Origin: Chthonomonadales bacterium
GTDB lineage: Bacteria; Armatimonadota; Chthonomonadetes; Chthonomonadales; Chthonomonadaceae
Direction: 5' to 3'
Assembly: GCA_038217285.1 (NCBI GenBank)
Contig: JBBQPO010000069.1
Coordinates: 1-22,834, forward strand
DNA: 22,834 nucleotides
Below, one piece after another: positions 18,372-22,834 of this stretch (position 1 is its first letter; the number at the start of each line of letters is the position of its first letter). A program made the position numbers and the translations under genes. A model generated the notes under the pieces. That model was not told the DNA's origin and searched no databases. It saw nothing but the letters and a program-made list of their open reading frames with translations.

Positions 18372-18400
18372 TTGACAAACGGGTGGAGATATGTTAAAGT
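18372..18400 (+). promoter_or_regulatory. Strong sigma70 promoter for the surface-protein gene
   Basis: TTGACA-N17-TAAAGT with extended -10 TG and an upstream T-tract (UP-element-like). Confidence 0.7.
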
Positions 18401-18648
18401 CATTCGGCCTGTGGATGTTCGTCCGATGGGGTAGTGTGACTGCGACGATCCTGGGACGACCGTGACATCCCCACCATAGCTTCACTAGATTTTTACCGAC
18501 GCCGGTAGTCTTACTGCCTGCGTCCGGTGTCTACCTGTCTCATCTCGATTCTTCCGCTCTCCAGCGTTGTGTTTCGGGTTGAGTTCGCGCGGGTTGCAGA
18601 CGGGCTGTGAAGACGTACTATCGTTCCGATTCAATTAAGGGAGGCGAA

Positions 18649-20337
18649 ATGATGAAAAGGATGGCTTGCGCACTGGCGCTCGCTGCGGGAACCGGGCTGA
18701 CACTGGGTGTCGCCACGCGCACCGCTCTGGCACAACCGAACCCCGCGACGGCAGTATCGGGCTTGAAACTGAGCGTTATACCGCTCGGTTCCGTCAACGC
18801 CGATTCGCCTGTCGCGCTGGATGTCAACTTTCGGGGCGGCAAAGTACGCAGCGTCGAAGTCTATCTCGACGGAAGTCGGATTGCGAAAGAGACCATCAAC
18901 ACCGTCGATTCGCACGGTGTGATCTCCTTCAAACTGCCGGCGTCGCTGCTTCCCGAGGGCGCGCATGAAATCATGATCCAGGCGACCGACAAGGATGGCA
19001 GCACCGCGACGACCACGACCCGCCTCCGCATCAATGCGGCTGAGCAGGAGACCGCGGGTCATTTCCTGACTCCGAAGCGCAACGCAATGGTCAAAGACTT
19101 TGCGCCGATCGAAGTCAAACTCGACGACAGCATCAAAGACGCCTACGTCGTGTTTTTCCTAGATGGCGCGTTCCTATCCGCGCGCAACTACTCTCCCTAC
19201 ATCTATTCGCTCGATACCTCCAAGTACAACAACGGCAGCCATACGGTCAAAGTCGAAGTTTGGGATAGCTCGGGAGCCAGTCTGCTCAAAACTCTGACCA
19301 TGCCGATGCGCATCACCAATCCCGGCGGACTTACGACGAACCAGAAAACTACTACCGAATTGAGACCCGTGAGGCCGAACCTTCCTGAAACCAACCTGCT
19401 TGCCCAGAGCAGTCTGCCGGTCACGAGCCTCAATGCGCCGTCCGCCTCTGGGCTGGCTCATTCGGGCGCGCTGGCGCTCAACAGCCTGGGTGTGCGCTCC
19501 GGTCTGGAACCGCGTACCGGCTACACGGCGGTCAAATCCACGTTCGCGGTGCCGGGTATCTCGGTCAGTGGCACTGTCGATAACGGGATCAACCTGCTGG
19601 ATCCGGGAAGCGATCTGGCGCGGTCCGAGAGTGGGAACGCCTCTGGCTCTCGTGCCAGCGTGGCGGCTCCGAAAGCGAACCTGAACGCAACGGCACGTGT
19701 GGGGAATGCGGATGGTCATCAGCCCGTCCGTGTCACGCCCCAGACCTTCGTCACCCCGATCTTCCCTGGCGTCCTGGCGGAACCCTCCGATCTGAATGCG
19801 TTGAACGCCGAGTCGACTCGGGTCGCAAGGCAGACTGTCAACGTTCGACGTGCCGGCAATGTGGCCGCGCGACCGAGTACGCGACTGGACGGCGCGACAA
19901 CGCCCGTCACGGCCCACGCGGTCTCGGCACCGAAGGCCACCCGAACGCATATCGGCACCCGGTCGATGCATAACGCTCATGTGAAGACCTTCGACGTGGC
20001 CTTCGATAACACGCAGATCGCCTTCGATGTGCCGCCGCGTATAGAGAATGGTCTGCCTCTTGCCCCATTCCGTGCTATCTTCGAGCATTCCGGCGGAACC
20101 GTGAAGTGGTATAACGAGAGCAAGACGGTTCGTGCCATCAACAACAGCAAAGAGATCGAGATTCACATCGGTGATAACGAGGCGACAGTCAACAACCAGA
20201 AGGTCAAGCTGTCTGCCAAAGCCTACATCGATCGCGGACGGACCATCGTTCCGCTCTCCTTCGTTCGGGACGCCATGGACGTGAAAGTGTCCTACGACGC
20301 CCACACCGGCCATGTGCTGATCGAAAGCAACAAATAG
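18649..20337 (+). CDS. Secreted protein with N-terminal Ig-like domains and C-terminal copper amine oxidase N-terminal-like (stalk) domain
   Basis: GGAGG RBS before ATG 18649; signal peptide ending ALA-Q; Ig-like motifs VEVYLDG...LPEGAHEIMIQATDKDG and VFFLDG...PYIYSLDTSKYNNGSHTVKVEVWD; C-terminal FDVPPRIENGLPLAPFRAIFE and AYIDRGRTIVPLSFVRDAM. Confidence 0.85.
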   Translation: MMKRMACALALAAGTGLTLGVATRTALAQPNPATAVSGLKLSVIPLGSVNADSPVALDVNFRGGKVRSVEVYLDGSRIAKETINTVDSHGVISFKLPASLLPEGAHEIMIQATDKDGSTATTTTRLRINAAEQETAGHFLTPKRNAMVKDFAPIEVKLDDSIKDAYVVFFLDGAFLSARNYSPYIYSLDTSKYNNGSHTVKVEVWDSSGASLLKTLTMPMRITNPGGLTTNQKTTTELRPVRPNLPETNLLAQSSLPVTSLNAPSASGLAHSGALALNSLGVRSGLEPRTGYTAVKSTFAVPGISVSGTVDNGINLLDPGSDLARSESGNASGSRASVAAPKANLNATARVGNADGHQPVRVTPQTFVTPIFPGVLAEPSDLNALNAESTRVARQTVNVRRAGNVAARPSTRLDGATTPVTAHAVSAPKATRTHIGTRSMHNAHVKTFDVAFDNTQIAFDVPPRIENGLPLAPFRAIFEHSGGTVKWYNESKTVRAINNSKEIEIHIGDNEATVNNQKVKLSAKAYIDRGRTIVPLSFVRDAMDVKVSYDAHTGHVLIESNK

Positions 20338-20369
20338 GACGTCGTTCTGAGCGAACGTTCTGAGAATCC

Positions 20370-20408
20370 AGCCGCCCTGCCCGTGATCTATGATCGGGCA
20401 GGGCGGCT
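20370..20408. terminator. Probable bidirectional terminator between convergent genes
   Basis: Perfect 14-bp inverted repeat AGCCGCCCTGCCCG-N11-CGGGCAGGGCGGCT. Confidence 0.75.
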
Positions 20409-20447
20409 ATTATTGTGGCAATCCGACCGGATCGTCGGTGTCCGCGC

Positions 20448-20804
20448 CTATTTCGATGGGGTCGGGGCCGCAGGAGTGGAAGACGCCTCCGGCTTGGCTT
20501 CCTTCGCCGCGACAGCAGGCTTCGTCTCACCAGAGGTTTCGGAGGAGGCTGCGGCCGGTTCCGCCTTGTCGGTCTTCTCCGACTTGTCCGCTTTGTCGGA
20601 ACTGTCGGATTTCTCTGTCTTTTCGGGAGGACGCGAATCGTTGATGTACCATCCGGTGCCTTTGAACACGATTCCCACGGGATAGAGAAGGCGTTTCACT
20701 TTCTCGCCACACTGCGGACAGATGGAGATCGCATCGTCCTTCATATTCTGGAATACGGAGAACTCGTATTTACATGCGGTACACTGATAACCGTAAGTCG
20801 GCAA
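20448..20804 (-). CDS. FmdB-family zinc-ribbon protein (CxxC_CXXC_SSSS)
   Basis: MPTYGYQCTAC...CPQC...GIVFKGTGWYIND followed by a low-complexity tail. TTG start with AGGAG/GAGG upstream. Confidence 0.9.
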   Translation of the reverse strand: MPTYGYQCTACKYEFSVFQNMKDDAISICPQCGEKVKRLLYPVGIVFKGTGWYINDSRPPEKTEKSDSSDKADKSEKTDKAEPAAASSETSGETKPAVAAKEAKPEASSTPAAPTPSK

Positions 20805-20861
20805 ATTTCACCTCATCTCCTTTTGTAAAGGGCATGCACATAGTGCTGCGCCCGAAGAACT

Positions 20862-20891
20862 ATTATAGCCAATCACGCCAACTAGATGCAA
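20862..20891 (-). promoter_or_regulatory. sigma70 promoter for the FmdB-family gene
   Basis: Minus strand TTGCAT-N18-TATAAT. Confidence 0.65.
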
Positions 20892-20918
20892 CCGGCGCAC
20901 GGCGGGAGTTAGAACCCT

Positions 20919-21302
20919 ATGTTTGCGAAATATCTCGGTTACGCGCTGCTCGCTGCCGTTCTGGGCGGCGGTGCCTATATCTCCTACCTGAAACGGCGGT
21001 TAGACGTCGCCATTCGCATGCTGACGGAGGAGCGCACACGGCAGCGCAGTATCTCCGCGTCGTATGGACGGATCACCGAACAGTGGTTTCCGCTCATGGA
21101 GAAATATCCCTACGATTCGGCGAATTTCCGGTTCCTGGGCACACCTGTCGATGGCGTCCAGTTCGAAGAAGACAAAATCGTGTTCATAGAGTTCAAATCG
21201 CGGAAGGCGGAGTTGTCCACCGTACAGCGGCGGCTGAAACAGATGATCCAGGCCGGAAAAGTGACCTGGGAAGAGTACCATTTTTCCGAGGAGGACCGGT
21301 GA
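20919..21302 (+). CDS. Membrane-anchored Holliday-junction-resolvase-like PD-(D/E)XK endonuclease (Endonuc_Holl type)
   Basis: N-terminal TM helix and helical linker, then GRITEQWFP...FRFLGTPVDGVQF...IVFIEFKS...LSTVQRRLKQMIQAGKVTWEE. Confidence 0.85.
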   Translation: MFAKYLGYALLAAVLGGGAYISYLKRRLDVAIRMLTEERTRQRSISASYGRITEQWFPLMEKYPYDSANFRFLGTPVDGVQFEEDKIVFIEFKSRKAELSTVQRRLKQMIQAGKVTWEEYHFSEEDR

Positions 21303-22519
21303 ATCGAAACGCTCTACGCGAGCTGTTAAACCGCGCGGACGGCACTCTGAAGATCGTCGGCCTGATGTCCGGAACCTCGGCGGATGGGATCGACGCCGCC
21401 CTTGTCGAGATCGGTCGTGATAACGACGCGGTCTCCTGGCGTCTGTTGGCCTTCGAGTGTGTGCCGTGGGAACCGGATCTGCGAGAGGCCATTCGGACGG
21501 GCTTTCAGCGCGAGACCTCCCTCCCCTTTCTCCTTGCGCTAGATTCACGCCTCGGATCTGCATTTGCCGGTGCGGCGATCCGCGTTGTTCGTGCCGCTGG
21601 AGTGGACATAAGCGAGGTGGATGCCATCGCTTCCCACGGGCAGACCGTCTGGCATCAGCCGGAACCCTTCCCCGTCGGCGCAGGGTGGGGGACAGGAACG
21701 CTGCAGTTCGGGGACGGGAATATCATTGCGGCACAGACGGGATGCGTCGTCGTCTCGGATTTCCGCAGGGCGGATATGGCTCTGGGCGGGCAGGGGGCGC
21801 CGCTGGTGCCGTTCGTCGATTATGCTCTCTTTGCGGCTTCCGCCGAGGGGCGGATCGTGTTGAATTTGGGCGGTATCGCCAACATGACATGGCTGCCGGC
21901 AGGCGCGGCGAGTGCGGACGTCCGCGCGTTCGATACAGGGCCGGGAAACATGGTCCTGGATGCGATTGCCTTTCACCTCTCCGGTGGGTGTGACGCATTC
22001 GACCGTGGTGGAGCGCTCGCAGCACACGGCGAGGTGAATCATAAACTGCTCCGCAGGCTACTGGAACACCGATATTTCGCGCTCCCTCCTCCGAAATCCA
22101 CCGGACGGGAAGATTTCGGAGCGCACTACGCCGCTGAGCTCATTGCACTGGCGCAAAAGGCGGGATGCTGTGGGGCCGATACGATGGCAACCGCGACAGC
22201 GTTGACGGTGGAGACCGTAGGGCGAGCCTACGACCAGTGGACACTCCCGAATGGCGGCGTCCATACCATCATCCTGGGCGGAGGGGGCGTCCAGAATGCG
22301 ACCCTTGTCCGGTGGCTGGGCGAACGGCTGGCCCCTGCGCAACTGACGACACACGCGGCGTTCGGTCTGCCGGACGACGCGAAAGAGGCGGTCGCCTTCG
22401 CCATTCTGGCCTATGAAACGCTTAACGGCAGGTCCGCGAATATGCCTTATGCGACCGGAGCCACCGGCCCGGCGATCCTTGGTAAGATCGCGCTGCCCCC
22501 ACCTGCGCCCGCGAGTTGA
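21299..22519 (+). CDS. anmK: Anhydro-N-acetylmuramic acid kinase
   Basis: GLMSGTSADGID, SHGQTVWH, DFRRADMALGGQGAPLVP, NLGGIAN, FDTGPGN, PPKSTGRE and KEAVAFA. The GTG start at 21299 overlaps the upstream stop (GTGA), with GAGGAG before it. Confidence 0.96.
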   Translation: MNRNALRELLNRADGTLKIVGLMSGTSADGIDAALVEIGRDNDAVSWRLLAFECVPWEPDLREAIRTGFQRETSLPFLLALDSRLGSAFAGAAIRVVRAAGVDISEVDAIASHGQTVWHQPEPFPVGAGWGTGTLQFGDGNIIAAQTGCVVVSDFRRADMALGGQGAPLVPFVDYALFAASAEGRIVLNLGGIANMTWLPAGAASADVRAFDTGPGNMVLDAIAFHLSGGCDAFDRGGALAAHGEVNHKLLRRLLEHRYFALPPPKSTGREDFGAHYAAELIALAQKAGCCGADTMATATALTVETVGRAYDQWTLPNGGVHTIILGGGGVQNATLVRWLGERLAPAQLTTHAAFGLPDDAKEAVAFAILAYETLNGRSANMPYATGATGPAILGKIALPPPAPAS

Positions 22520-22560
22520 GATTGACTCGCGTCGGCAAGAAACGACTTCAAAAGAAAGAC

Positions 22561-22590
22561 TTGACAAATCGCTCTCTCCGCGTCTATAAT
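22561..22590 (+). promoter_or_regulatory. Consensus sigma70 promoter for purA
   Basis: TTGACA-N18-TATAAT with upstream A-tracts. Confidence 0.85.
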
Positions 22591-22620
22591 TTGAAAAGTG
22601 TGCAGCCAGGCCCAGGAATG

Positions 22621-22643
22621 GATAGCCGTTGCTATCTTTTTTT
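22621..22643 (+). terminator. Putative attenuator hairpin in the purA leader
   Basis: GATAGC-CGTT-GCTATC followed by T7, about 30 nt downstream of the -10 box. Confidence 0.5.
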
Positions 22644-22759
22644 CCGTTTGGGAATACATCACTTGCCTCCGAATCCCCTCGCACGTCACCTGGCAGAGGG
22701 AAAAGGGAGGTTCGTTCGCCCCGTGCGACGAGCCTTGCTACGGGGACGGAGGGCGACTG

Positions 22760-22834
22760 ATGGCAAACATTGTGGTTGTGGGCGCGCAGTGGGGCGACGA
22801 AGCCAAAGGTAAGATCGTGGACTACCTGGCGGCC
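22760..22834 (+). CDS. purA: Adenylosuccinate synthetase, N-terminus only (truncated by window)
   Basis: Hand translation gives [33 protein letters not shown]; matches the PurA P-loop QWGDEGKGK. Confidence 0.93.
   Translation, partial: MANIVVVGAQWGDEAKGKIVDYLAA

Noticed and set aside
19174-20313. 379-aa antisense ORF in the surface-protein gene
   Set aside because: Shadow ORF with no RBS or motif support.
20343-20364. Direct repeat CGTTCTGAG x2 after the surface-protein stop
   Set aside because: Only two 9-bp copies; not CRISPR-like, and there is no element between them to make it a target-site duplication.
20774-21298. Apparent N-terminal extension of AnmK in the 581-aa ORF
   Set aside because: It overlaps the nuclease and FmdB genes; the GTG at 21299 has an RBS and gives a normal AnmK length.

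Overview
GC-rich bacterial chromosomal segment made mostly of core metabolic genes. The two DUF1559/H-X9-DG prepilin-like genes, the futalosine menaquinone genes and a copper-amine-oxidase-N domain surface protein suggest Armatimonadota, but this is an inference. Gene order: partial yyaL/SSP411 (-, absent from the ORF track); H-X9-DG protein (+); ppc (+); prepilin/DUF1559 protein (-); a minus-strand menaquinone operon ubiD(mqnL)-NUDIX-ubiX-mqnP-mqnA; a divergent sbcD-sbcC-clpS-glnD run (+); an orphan membrane protein; a secreted Ig-like/CuAO-N protein with a ~240-nt structured leader; an FmdB zinc ribbon (-); a membrane-anchored PD-(D/E)XK nuclease coupled to anmK; and the start of purA. No mobile element, CRISPR array, tRNA or rRNA was seen. 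The best leads are (1) a Nudix hydrolase between ubiD and ubiX that may supply DMAP for prenylated-FMN synthesis, (2) an attenuator- or riboswitch-like purA leader, (3) a ClpS with a rewired N-degron pocket, and (4) the long structured leader of the surface-protein gene. All family calls come from motif recognition by eye; no database search was run.
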